A stretch of 64,000 nt of DNA, taken from Eledone cirrhosa (lineage: Eukaryota). A program made the translations under genes and the position numbers. Below the pieces are notes generated by a model. The model ran no database searches. It had not been told where the DNA came from and saw nothing but the letters and a program-made list of their open reading frames with translations. Below are positions 13,149-26,300 of the stretch, one piece after another; position 1 is the stretch's first letter; every line of letters starts with the position of its first letter. The stretch covers positions 60,760,001 to 60,824,000 of the forward strand of contig OZ024740.1 of assembly GCA_964016885.1 (NCBI GenBank), read 5' to 3'.

Positions 13149-14398
13149 TTGGCCAGAGCAGTAATGATTGGAAAGGTGTTCTAGTCACAACTATCTCGTA
13201 TTCAAACAATGTATCTAAAACTACATTATCCAATGGGTCATGACTTACATTTTTTTTTTTTTAACTCTTAAAGTCCTGTACCATATGGAACCATATTAGC
13301 TAGACATCTTGAAAAGTATAAAACAGCACTATGATTGCATCACATAAAAAATGAGTCATGACTCTAATATTGAAAATTTTGACAACACTCTGTCCATTAG
13401 TAAAGATACTACAAACATTTGAATTAAGAAACCCTTGTTTTTGTTTTAGATATTTTTTACAAAATTATTGCAGGATATTAACAGTTAAAGATAGTAGTGT
13501 GTAACATGAGAGAAACTTAGCTGCTACTTTTAGTAGGTTAAATAACCATATAGAAGCTCACACGAACAACTTTTGAAAGGTACTACAGTACAAAAATCAG
13601 CATGCTAATTAGAGCAAAATGCTGAGAGAATTCGGCACCACATAACAAAATAACAACAACAAAATAGAAATAATAATAAAAACTAGTTGTCATAACAACA
13701 ATAGCTTGAATTGGTTGGTAAAAATACCCATATGCACACACACACACACATACATACATAAATAAGTACAAGCATGTAAATACATAGAAATATACATGTT
13801 AATATTTACAGATCTGACTAGCTTTTGAAGCAGTATATTTCAAAAGAAAAAATAACATCAAAGTAAAGCCATTTGCTACTTTAGCATCCATGGACTGGCA
13901 GAACTTCAAACATGCATCCAGAAATGTCAGCAGCTGTTGTAGGCCATTAGGTATAAAGTTCAAATTCCTTGATCTCTTTCTATATATTAGCAAACTAACA
14001 GATAGTGGCATGAAAAATAAAACAAATACGAACAACTTGAAATATTTTAACTGGAACTTTACCAGGAGGAAACTACCCTTACAAAAACATATCCTCTGAA
14101 ACACTAAATGCAAATCTCTCCAACTCATTCCACTGACTCTATGAACTGTTGCCTAAAGTTGCTATCCAGCTAAAAAGTATTTGTCTGATATAATAATATG
14201 CTGATTACTTAAGTTAACATCTTTTCTTCTTTCCGGAGTAAGTTTATCAGCACCATCCAGCAAACAGACATTTCTGTAATTGGTGGTATTAATTTATCTG
14301 ATAAACGAAACATGATTCCTCTGAAAAACAATGAAACACTGATAACATTCTCACTATATAATCTCCAGTTCTTTCTTTATCAACTCACTTAATCTTAT

Positions 14399-14725
14399 TT
14401 GTGTGATATAAGTGTGTGTATGTGTGTGTGTGTGTGTGTATGTATGTCTGCATGTGTGTGTACATATATGTGTATGTGTGCCTCTGTGTGTATGTGTGTG
14501 TGCATGTATGTGTGTATGTGTGCATGTATGTGTGTGTGTGTGTGTGTGTGTGTGCCTCTGTGTGCATGTATGTGTGTGTGTATGCAAGTATGTGTGTGTG
14601 TGTGTGTGCCTCTGTGTGTGTGTGTGCATGTATGTGTGTGTGTGTGTGTATGTGTGCATATATGGGTATGTGTGTGTGTGTGCATGTATGTGTGTGTGTG
14701 TGTGCCTCTGTATGTGTGTGTATGT
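14399..14725. repeat. Compound (TG)n microsatellite
   Basis: TG runs interrupted by recurring cctctg, gcatgta and tatg. Confidence 0.95.
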
Positions 14726-14822
14726 AATTTATTTAAGTTCTTGATTACAAAATTCAAAACAATCATTAACAACGTGGCAAGGCTTCGTTGTTTGAATCAA
14801 GGCAATTCCATGGATTTGTAAG

Positions 14823-17800
14823 TATGTACATGTGAGGGTGGTATGTACATGTGAGGGTGGTGTGTACATGTGAGGGTGGTGTGTACATGTGAGGGTGGTG
14901 TGTACATGTGAGGGTGGTGTGTACATGTGAGGGTGGTGTGTACATGTGAGGGTGGTATGTACATGTGAGGGTGGTATGTACATGTGAGGGTGGTGTGTAC
15001 ATGTGAGGGTGGTGTGTACATGTGAGGGTGGTATGTACATGTGAGGGTGGTGTGTACATGTGAGGGTGGTGTGTACATGTGAGGGTGGTGTGTACATGTG
15101 AGGGTGGTGTGTACATGTGAGGGTGGTATGTACATGTGAGGGTGGTGTGTACATGTGAGGGTGGTGTGTACATGTGAGGGTGGTATGTACATGTGAGGGT
15201 GGTATGTACATGTGAGGGTGGTGTGTACATGTGAGGGTGGTGTGTACATGTGAGGGTGGTGTGTACATGTGAGGGTGGTGTGTACATGTGAGGGTGGTAT
15301 GTACATGTGAGGGTGGTATGTACATGTGAGGGTGGTGTGTACATGTGAGGGTGGTGTGTACATGTGAGGGTGGTGTGTACATGTGAGGGTGGTATGTACA
15401 TGTGAGGGTGGTGTGTACATGTGAGGGTGGTGTGTACATGTGAGGGTGGTGTGTACATGTGAGGGTGGTATGTACATGTGAGGGTGGTATGTACATGTGA
15501 GGGTGGTGTGTACATGTGAGGGTGGTGTGTACATGTGAGGGTGGTGTGTACATGTGAGGGTGGTATGTACATGTGAGGGTGGTGTGTACATGTGAGGGTG
15601 GTGTGTACATGTGAGGGTGGTGTGTACATGTGAGGGTGGTATGTACATGTGAGGGTGGTGTGTACATGTGAGGGTGGTGTGTACATGTGAGGGTGGTGTG
15701 TACATGTGAGGGTGGTATGTACATGTGAGGGTGGTATGTACATGTGAGGGTGGTGTGTACATGTGAGGGTGGTGTGTACATGTGAGGGTGGTGTGTACAT
15801 GTGAGGGTGGTATGTACATGTGAGGGTGGTATGTACATGTGAGGGTGGTGTGTACATGTGAGGGTGGTATGTACATGTGAGGGTGGTGTGTACATGTGAG
15901 GGTGGTATGTACATGTGAGGGTGGTGTGTACATGTGAGGGTGGTATGTACATGTGAGGGTGGTGTGTACATGTGAGGGTGGTGTGTACATGTGAGGGTGG
16001 TATGTACATGTGAGGGTGGTATGTACATGTGAGGGTGGTGTGTACATGTGAGGGTGGTGTGTACATGTGAGGGTGGTGTGTACATGTGAGGGTGGTGTGT
16101 ACATGTGAGGGTGGTATGTACATGTGAGGGTGGTGTGTACATGTGAGGGTGGTATGTACATGTGAGGGTGGTGTGTACATGTGAGGGTGGTATGTACATG
16201 TGAGGGTGGTATGTACATGTGAGGGTGGTGTGTACATGTGAGGGTGGTGTGTACATGTGAGGGTGGTGTGTACATGTGAGGGTGGTGTGTACATGTGAGG
16301 GTGGTATGTACATGTGAGGGTGGTATGTACATGTGAGGGTGGTGTGTACATGTGAGGGTGGTATGTACATGTGAGGGTGGTGTGTACATGTGAGGGTGGT
16401 GTGTACATGTGAGGGTGGTATGTACATGTGAGGGTGGTATGTACATGTGAGGGTGGTGTGTACATGTGAGGGTGGTATGTACATGTGAGGGTGGTGTGTA
16501 CATGTGAGGGTGGTATGTACATGTGAGGGTGGTATGTACATGTGAGGGTGGTATGTACATGTGAGGGTGGTGTGTACATGTGAGGGTGGTATGTACATGT
16601 GAGGGTGGTGTGTACATGTGAGGGTGGTATGTACATGTGAGGGTGGTGTGTATATGTGAGGGTGGTATGTACATGTGAGGGTGGTGTGTACATGTGAGGG
16701 TGGTATGTTCATGTGAGGGTGGTATGTACATGTGAGGGTGGTATGTACATGTGAGGGTGGTGTGTACATGTGAGGGTGGTATGTACATGTGAGGGTGGTG
16801 TGTACATGTGAGGGTGGTATGTACATGTGAGGGTGGTGTGTACATGTGAGGGTGGTATGTACATGTGAGGGTGGTATGTACATGTGAGGGTGGTATGTAC
16901 ATGTGAGGGTGTTGTGTACATGTGAGGGTGGTGTGTATATGTGAGGGTGGTGTGTACATGTGAGGGTGGTATGTACATGTGAGGGTGGTATGTACATGTG
17001 AGGGTGTTGTGTACATGTGAGGGTGGTATGTACATGTGAGGGTGGTGTGTACATGTGAGGGTGGTATGTACATGTGAGGGTGGTGTGTACATGTGAGGGT
17101 GGTATGTACATGTGAGGGTGGTGTGTACATGTGAGGGTGGTGTGTACATGTGAGGGTGGTGTGTACATGTGAGGGTGGTATGTACATGTGAGGGTGGTAT
17201 GTACATGTGAGGGTGGTATGTACATGTGAGGGTGGTGTGTACATGTGAGGGTGGTGTGTACATGTGAGGGTGGTGTGTACATGTGAGGGTGGTATGTACA
17301 TGTGAGGGTGGTGTGTACATGTGAGGGTGGTGTGTACATGTGAGGGTGGTGTGTACATGTGAGGGTGGTATGTACATGTGAGGGTGGTATGAACATGTGA
17401 GGGTGGTATGTACATGTGAGGGTGGTGTGTACATGTGAGGGTGGTGTGTACATGTGAGGGTGGTGTGTACATGTGAGGGTGGTATGTACATGTGAGGGTG
17501 GTGTGTACATGTGAGGGTGGTGTGTATATGTGAGGGTGGTGTGTACATGTGAGGGTGGTGTGTACATGTGAGGGTGGTATGTACATGTGAGGGTGGTATG
17601 TACATGTGAGGGTGGTATGTACATGTGAGGGTGGTATGTACATGTGAGGGTGGTGTGTACATGTGAGGGTGGTATGTACATGTGAGGGTGGTGTGTACAT
17701 GTGAGGGTGGTATGTACATGTGAGGGTGGTGTGTACATGTGAGGGTGGTGTGTACATGTGAGGGTGGTATGTACATGTGAGGGTGGTGTGTACATGTGAG

Positions 17801-19553
17801 GGTGGTGTGTACATGTGAGGGTGGTGTGTACATGTGAGGGTGGTATGTACATGTGAGGGTGGTGTGTACATGTGAGGGTGGTATGTACATGTGAGGGTGG
17901 TGTGTACATGTGAGGGTGGTATGTACATGTGAGGGTGGTATGTACATGTGAGGGTGTTGTGTACATGTGAGGGTGGTATGTACATGTGAGGGTGGTATGT
18001 ACATGTGAGGGTGGTGTGTACATGTGAGGGTGGTATGTACATGTGAGGGTGGTATGTACATGTGAGGGTGGTATGTACATGTGAGGGTGGTATGTACATG
18101 TGAGGGTGGTATGTACATGTGAGGGTGGTGTGTACATGTGAGGGTGGTATGTACATGTGAGGGTGGTGTGTACATGTGAGGGTGGTATGTACATGTGAGG
18201 GTGGTATGTACATGTGAGGGTGGTATGTACATGTGAGGGTGGTGTGTACATGTGAGGGTGGTATGTACATGTGAGGGTGGTGTGTACATGTGAGGGTGGT
18301 ATGTTCATGTGAGGGTGGTATGTACATGTGAGGGTGGTATGTACATGTGAGGGTGGTATGTACATGTGAGGGTGGTGTGTACATGTGAGGGTGGTGTGTA
18401 CATGTGAGGGTGGTATGTACATGTGAGGGTGGTATGTACATGTGAGGGTGGTGTGTACATGTGAGGGTGGTATGTACATGTGAGGGTGGTGTGTACATGT
18501 GAGGGTGGTGTGTACATGTGAGGGTGGTGTGTACATGTGAGGGTGGTATGTTCATGTGAGGGTGGTATGTACATGTGAGGGTGGTATGTACATGTGAGGG
18601 TGGTGTGTACATGTGAGGGTGGTATGTACATGTGAGGGTGGTATGTACATGTGAGGGTGGTGTGTACATGTGAGGGTGGTATGTACATGTGAGGGTGGTA
18701 TGTACATGTGAGGGTGGTATGTACATGTGAGGGTGGTATGTACATGTGAGGGTGGTGTGTACATGTGAGGGTGGTATGTACATGTGAGGGTGGTGTGTAC
18801 ATGTGAGGGTGGTATGTACATGTGAGGGTGGTATGTACATGTGAGGGTGGTATGTACATGTGAGGGTTGTGTGTACATGTGAGGGTGGTATGTACATGTG
18901 AGGGTGGTATGTACATGTGAGGGTGGTATGTTCATGTGAGGGTGGTATGTACATGTGAGGGTGGTGTGTACATGTGAGGGTGGTATGTACATGTGAGGGT
19001 GGTGTGTACATGTGAGGGTGGTATGTACATGTGAGGGTGGTATGTACATGTGAGGGTGGTATGTACATGTGAGGGTGGTATGAACATGTGAGGGTGGTAT
19101 GTACATGTGAGGGTGGTGTGTACATGTGAGGGTGGTATGTACATGTGAGGGTGGTATGAACATGTGAGGGTGGTGTGTACATGTGAGGGTGGTATGTACA
19201 TGTGAGGGTGGTATGTACATGTGAGGGTGGTATGTACATGTGAGGGTGGTGTGTACATGTGAGGGTGGTATGTACATGTGAGGGTGGTGTGTACATGTGA
19301 GGGTGGTATGTACATGTGAGGGTGGTGTGTACATGTGAGGGTGGTATGTACATGTGAGGGTGGTATGTACATGTGAGGGTGGTATGTTCATGTGAGGGTG
19401 GTATGTACATGTGAGGGTGGTGTGTACATGTGAGGGTGGTATGTACATGTGAGGGTGGTATGTACATGTGAGGGTGGTATGTACATGTGAGGGTGGTATG
19501 TACATGTGAGGGTGGTATGAACATGTGAGGGTGGTATGTACATGTGAGGGTGG
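14823..19553. repeat. 19-bp minisatellite, 249 units
   Basis: Unit T(A/G)TGTACATGTGAGGGTGG; 4731 bp / 19 = 249 exactly. One biallelic position plus rare point variants. Confidence 0.98.
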
Positions 19554-19880
19554 TGAATTGTCAGAGGCGTTAGAATGTCGGATAGAATACTTTAAGGTAT
19601 TCATTCTGGCACTCTGCTCTTGCAGATCAAATCCCGCCGAGGTCAACTTTGCCTTTCATCCTTTCGAGGTTGATAAAAAAAAGTACCAGTCTAGTACTGG
19701 GGTTGATTGTTCCTCTGTATCTCTATTTCATTTCCTCTCTCTCACTTTCTATCTTTCTCTGGAAGATATCTGCTGTACTCAGGTCTAGAGAGGGATGGGC
19801 TCTGCCAAGCTTAAAATTCCTAAGAAACTCTGTATGTTAATACAGTGCCCCTATGACTCTATCAGGAGTTACACACCATA
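19548..19880 (+). mobile_element. SINE family A-related element with alternative 3' tail
   Basis: Family A-like head and core, then ...aatacagtgcccctatgactctatcaggagttac..accata. A second copy lies at 62864-63165 (-). Confidence 0.85.
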
Positions 19881-20399
19881 CATACATGTGAACATACATA
19901 TGCATGGATGTCAGATGTTCTTCTCTTTCTCATCATTTTGAGTTTATTTTTGACTGGCCACCTTCTTGGTGGCAAGGTGGTAAAGAAAAGATAATTTTTG
20001 TCATCCTTTATTCAATCATTCATCCTTTGAATTGTAAGAATTTATTAACCTGTGTCTGTGGTGGTGGTGGTGGTAATGATGACACTGCTGATGATGGTGC
20101 TGATGGTGATGATAATGATGCTTTATCTGTCACTAACTTTGGGTCTGATGTTTACATCTGCCAATCAGTGAAATTCTGCAACAGAGAATATAGATTTTTT
20201 TTTTCTTTTCCCCCAGATTAGGCATGCTAAGTTTTAATTAGAATATGCTTCTAATTAATTCAGTTTTAATTAGTATTCTGATCAATGGTTGTTTGTATCA
20301 TCAATATCCTTGATATTTCTGCCAAGGTGATCTTTCCTATGGAAAGTATTGTATATTATTACCTAGATATATCTCACAGGAAATATATTCATGAGAAGA

Positions 20400-20760
20400 G
20401 TATCTTTAATCCAGTGAATAGGTGGATCTTTGGAGTAATGTTACTCAATAAAGTGCATAGCTTGGAGATCAGAGAGTCACTCCAGGTACAGCCACTACTT
20501 CACTGAATTGAGAGATCACAGCTCTGACATTATGGGCATGTGATTAGAATGTCTCAGGAAATAATCATTATAATCACTGGAGAGGAGACCCAGAGGTAGA
20601 CCCCAAGCAAGATTGTTGGATAACCTATATGAGCTTGGCTGGTCATGCTTGGGGATTAAGCCAGATCAGTTGGAGATGGTTGCTTTTGACAGGACCTGCT
20701 GGAAAGAGTGTTTGAGGACTGTGCCCTCATGACCCTCTCAGGAATATGTAGAAGAAGAAG
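20400..20760 (+). mobile_element. Decayed RTE-like LINE 3' fragment
   Basis: Remnants of L..YGHVIRM and G.RPRGRP; ends in (GAA)n. Confidence 0.6.
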
Positions 20761-20850
20761 CCATAGTTGTTAAATTAATGTGTAAATAGCTGAATATTCC
20801 TGAAACATGTGTACCTTAGGTAGAATCAGTCGATGCACTCACTAAATAAC

Positions 20851-20956
20851 TACTGTATATACTCGAATATAAGTCGAGGTATAAATGGGGTTTGGAATTT
20901 TGCCCATTTCTCAGACATAAAATAGGGGGCTGGCTTATATTCGAGTATATATGGTA
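20851..20956. mobile_element. Tc1/mariner-superfamily (Tc2/pogo-like) MITE
   Basis: TA-ctgtatatactcgaatataag ... cttatattcgagtatatatgg-TA: terminal inverted repeats of about 21 bp with TA duplication. Confidence 0.8.
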
Positions 20957-22689
20957 ATCATTAAATATCTGAGTTTGTTAATATGATTATAATTTTTCAG
21001 TTTATTAACCTTTTCTTAATAGCGAAATATATTCACATTTGCACTATGTTTGGATTGGCTTCTTCTCAGTTTGTCATAAGGTGTCTTATCTTTAGATGTG
21101 TTATGTGTCAGTGACATATTGGATAAGAAAGGGCATTACTGTGCTTAGTTTAGAAGCAAAGTTTGAATCCAGTCTAATGCTATACATACACATCCATCAA
21201 TAATAATTAGTAGTAAAGAGTAAATGTTTTCTATGAAATCAATTGTCAATTTAATAGACATTTCATTGAAATCAATCAATGTAGGATTGTATTTAATCTC
21301 AGTAGAAGGAAGCTGCAGTAGAGGAAGACAAAGAAAGACCTGAGCAGAGGTGGTGAGAACTGACCTCAAATTGCTGAGACCCTCAGAAGAGATGACAAAG
21401 AATGATGGCGGGTGGAGAGGTGCTGTGCTGAGAAGGACCCATTTAATCCATACAAGCATGGAAAAACATGTAAAAACGATGATGATGATGAAAATCTTAC
21501 ATTCATATGATAGTTAAATACTTTCAAATACAGCAAAGTGTAGAATTTGTTTGATTTATACATTATTCTAGCTTCCTATAATTATTTACTCCAAAATCTC
21601 TACATTATCTAATCTCAGCTCAACCAGCCAGCATTTTTTCAAAGTACACTTTTCCCCTCTCCATTGCATAACCTACATTTATATTAATTTTGCAAAATCC
21701 TTGTAGCTATCTTGATTATAATTTCCCAGTTGTAGAGAGTTTAAATTTTCAATAGGCTGATTAACAACATTTTATTGTTGTTTTCCATATTTTTCTATTT
21801 TTCACAAGTTAATTGCTCATCAACAGATAATCTTATGTGGATAAGTACTTTCTGTTTAGCTTAAAAAGAAATGGCATAAATCCCATTGACAATTCTAGCT
21901 TGATTCCAATGCATTGAATATTTACTTCAATTATCATCATTTAATTCCACTTTATCTCAAAAACCACCAAGGCACATTTATAACTGCCTACTTATCTATA
22001 TATTTTTAAATATATAAAATAATTTCGAAAATATTTTCAAAAATATAAAATGGCAGTTTTTAAATAAAAACAAGAAAGAAAAAAACAAAAACAAAACAAT
22101 TACAATAAAAGGTTTCTTGCGGATGCTGAGAAAGTAAATTGTGCTTTTGTTGAAAATATTAAATTGCAAGCAAAGATAAATGAAGTGTTGCTATCAATTA
22201 TTAATACATGATAAAAATGTATTTTGATATTACATGAAAACTAACTCAATAGTTTGGGGAATAAATATCTTTCTATTCCTGCTTCTATAACTCTCTTTCT
22301 GTCCTTCACACCCACATACGTTAAACAAGTGTTTATAAAAGTGCTAATGACTGAATGTAACAACATACATTGAAACCAAATTAAAATGTTTCCTCACTAA
22401 TGGTAACAAAGATTGAATTGAAAACCTTTAAACAGATAGTATTCATTTCAATAGCATAAAGATCAATGACAAGTGGGTCATGGGTCATTTATGAACCATT
22501 GCAGTATTTTTTGAGAGCCATGGAACTTTTCAAATCATTACATGTAAAATATGACAATATACATGTGGGCCATAGCAGTGTTCTATGTAGGCCTCAGACC
22601 TTTTCAGATCTTTACATGTCTAATATGATATATATGGGGTTACTGATGTGTTCTTGGAGGATCTTGGAACTTTTCAAATTTTTATATGT

Positions 22690-23100
22690 AAACTATGATT
22701 TCACTTGCATGGGATGGTGAGTCCTCAATCCTGGGTCATCTCCTTTGTGATATTCAGCTGCATGAGATTGGCATTCACCACATTTTCCTAGACCTTCCTC
22801 TTTCAAGAGTTCCTTTGACTTTGAGCATTCTGCATTTCTTTATGCAGCTGTCATCCTTTATACACATCACATGCCCATACCATTGCAGTTCCCTCTCCTT
22901 CACACTGCAACCAATGTCTCTTATGTCCAGTTTTTCTCTCAGCACATTTATACTTCATTGCTCATGCATACTGCAATTACAAATCCATCAAAGCATGCTT
23001 CTTCATTTCTTCCAATCTCTGTAAGCCCAAGTCTCACTATGTAGCATTGGTATTCTCACACAAGCATCATACAATCTGCCTCTCATTCTGAGGGAGAGAC
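22690..23100 (-). mobile_element. Decayed RTE 3' fragment
   Basis: Reverse strand shows remnants of GRLYDAC, WYGHV and RGRSRK.W, matching the RTE C-terminus. Confidence 0.7.
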
Positions 23101-23359
23101 CATAATGAAAGTATCGTAAACTCCAGTAAAACCACTGACTTCATTTCTGTTTAAAATCTATTCCCCGTGCTTACATGGGTTATATATATATATATATATA
23201 TACACATACTTTTTTTAATTATACATACATACGCAGATCCTTTTGTACACACACGCACACAATATTTAGGAAAACGGAAACAAAAATTACACACAAAAAA
23301 AAAAAAACATTTTATTTCTATCGTAATCAAGTGTACTAAACCTATATTGTTTACATTCT

Positions 23360-26300
23360 GTGTTTTTTTCTACGGATGGCAGAAATAACAAAATTGCCAT
23401 GGTGATATCCACGGATGAAGTATGCGACAAAATTGGTCAATTTTCCAAAATAGAACATTGCCCAGAAAATCACACCTGCCATATTTGTACGGAACCCGAA
23501 AACTCGTTCCGTAATCGCTGGGTCAAATGTCGCATCTCTGTCTGCCTTCAATGCGCCACAGGCTTTCGGAGGATCCCAGGCCAAAAAAGAGACATCATAT
23601 TGCTATGATGGATGGACTCTGGGAGATGGTCCAACTAAAATCTTGGTCCTTTCAGTGCCTGGCCTGTGTGCCTGCTTCCACCAATGTTATTGAAAAATAA
23701 CAACAACAACAACAACAACCGATGACTGTGTCTTCCTCTACCTTTGTTACTGAACAACGGCAAAAACCTATGACACTGGCTTCTACTGCTATTCCTGTAG
23801 AAGAACATCAGAAACAACAACAACCCATGTCTTCCGCTCCCAGTATATCTCGACACCAACAACCGATGACTGTGTCTTCCCCTACCATTCCCGTGGAGGA
23901 ACAACAACAACAACCACAACCACAACAACAACAACAGCAGCGGCAGCAACAACAACAGCAGCGGCAGCAACAACAACAACAATCGACCAGTACAGATTTT
24001 GCAGAATTGCAACAAATGATTTCTACTTTAAGAAGGGAAGTAACGGGAAGCAAACATTCGGGTAGGACTCCACAATGAGGGGTCTTATCAGAATGCCTTG
24101 CTAAAGAATCTCCCTGTACTCTTGCCGTATCTGGGCACACTGAGAAGACTGCGGAATCTGCTACCCATGAAGTAATTGCCATTGGGGTACCAGAAGACTG
24201 ATCTTCAGGCATTTGCTGCCAGCTCAGTCAAAGACCTAGGCTGTGTTCCCCCAAAGGGTGCTCTCTGCCTTGGTCGACCTGGTCCAAAACCCAGACTCAT
24301 CAGGCTGTCTTTTTCAGACCCCGCTGAGGCAATTTCATATCATCTGGCCTCTGTTAAAGCTGGGCGTGAAAATCAGATTACCTTCCGAACACGCCCAGGC
24401 CTACCACCCCATGTACGTCCAAAGCTATGTGCTGCAGCTTCCTTGAATCGGAACTCAGCACAACATGAAAGTTTTAGTCTGCGTGATGATGGGCCAATCT
24501 GGAGATTTGTTAAGGCTGGTGAAACGTGGAAGAGAGATACCAACTGGTCTGAGTGCGCTCTATCCACAATAACTGGCAATGAAAAAACTGCAATAACTCT
24601 GGGAAACTAAACCAGAACAACCTTCCATCCTCTACACACCATCATAAACTGCAAGCAGGGTACAAATTGTTGTCCTTAAATGCTCGCAGTTTATGCAACA
24701 AGATACATCTGTTTAACTCCTACGTCAGAAGCATCGACCCTGACTTCATCACAGTCACGGAAACACAGGCACATTCCTTACTCTGTGATGGGGTTTTCAG
24801 CATTACTGGGTACAACCTGTTCCGCAAGGACCGCATTAATCGCCGTGGTGGTGGTGTGAGGTTCTACGTTCGTTCAAATTTTTCGGTAATTCCTTGCAAG
24901 AAGTTTTTTTTCTGTGACATACGTATGACCATGTCAACACTTCTGCTTGGTGTTGTTTATCGCCCCACCCCCCAAAAAAAATTACCATCAGGACACACAG
25001 CTTTGCAATATCCTCAGAGCTGCTGCCAGGAAAACAGACAGCCACTTATGTGTTTATTGCAGGGGACTTCAATCATCCTGAGATCGATTGGGAAACCTTT
25101 CGTTGGCCGCAAAGTGCAAACGATTTCCTTGAGCTAGTGCTGGACTCCAACAAGAGGTGACAACACTTTGGACCTGATCTTCACCACTACTCCTGAAGTG
25201 GTTATCAGTTGTACTACTGAGGAACCTCTAGGTGACTCTGATCATGCTATGATCATTGCCAATCTGGCTCTTGCGGGCAGCAACAAAAACCAGAACCATC
25301 TCCAATCTGCTTGCTTTGATTGGAAGAAAGCAGATTGGAACTTGTACTGCACTGAGCTACAGCGCCCAAACTGGCATGAGATGTATAACTCTGGAGATGT
25401 GAACACTATACTCCAGAGCATCCTGGACTCAATATGGATAGTGTGTGCAGCATCAGTGCCATGTAAGCAGAAAAAAAAACCCCCACAAAAGTGCAATTTG
25501 GGAAACTTCAGCGGTCCGACTTGCCAGGAAAGAACGTTGGAATGCTGAATGGGAATATAAACTGCATAAATCAGATGCCAACAGAAAAAAGCGAAATAAA
25601 TCTTCCAACCATCTCAAGCAAGTGACAAAGAGGGCAGTGCTTGAATTTGAACAGTGCATCGCAACCAATCCTGACAGTAAGGTGTTCTGGAAATATGTTC
25701 ATTCAAAGCAGAGACCTCACTCTCCAGTTGGTCCTCTTCGCAATCCCCACACAAGCCAGATCACTGATGATCCCAAAGAATGCGCAGAACTCATTGCTGA
25801 GTGCTATGCAAGCATTTTTACTGTTGAAAACCAGAATGTATCATCTCCACCATCTCTAACAGCAAATTCCATAACAACTATGGAATTTACACCTTAAGAA
25901 TAAGTGCAACTATGCCTCCCCTGGTCTTGATGGTGTTACATACCTGCTTCTCAAACATGGCGGGTACTTCCTTTTACACCAGCTTTCTTTCTTCTTTCAA
26001 TACTGTCTCAATAATGGTGCTACTCCGGAGCAGTGGAAACTGCAGGTGTCATTCCCCTGTTCAAAAAGGGCGACCGCACGTCACCTGTCAACTATCATCC
26101 AGTCAGTCTTACTAGCTGTATGGCCAAACTGATGGAATCCTGTGTCAGAGAAACACTTTGGAACTTCTGGAGCTCTCACAGCCTCATCCGGCCCTCACAA
26201 TTTGGATTTATCCCTAACTCCAGCTGCTGTGATCAGCTTATCGAGTTCCTTGAAGACATTACCCAGATCACTGACAGCGGCTCATGGGTGGATGTTGTTT

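Noticed and set aside
14354-14821. Cys/Val- and His/Thr-rich ORFs
   Set aside because: Translations of (TG)n/(CA)n microsatellite.
14823-19553. CRISPR-like or telomeric array
   Set aside because: No unique spacers or cas genes, a eukaryotic context, and the unit is not TTAGGG-like.
14729-19646. Giant His/Thr/Pro-rich ORFs (up to 1575 aa) on the minus strand
   Set aside because: A 19-bp unit without minus-strand stops is open in all three frames and gives the same 19-aa repeat. There is no non-repetitive domain, so this is a minisatellite artefact.
23722-24078. Host poly-Gln protein exon
   Set aside because: Lies collinearly within the CR1-like ORF1 region and is not needed for the fj reading frame.
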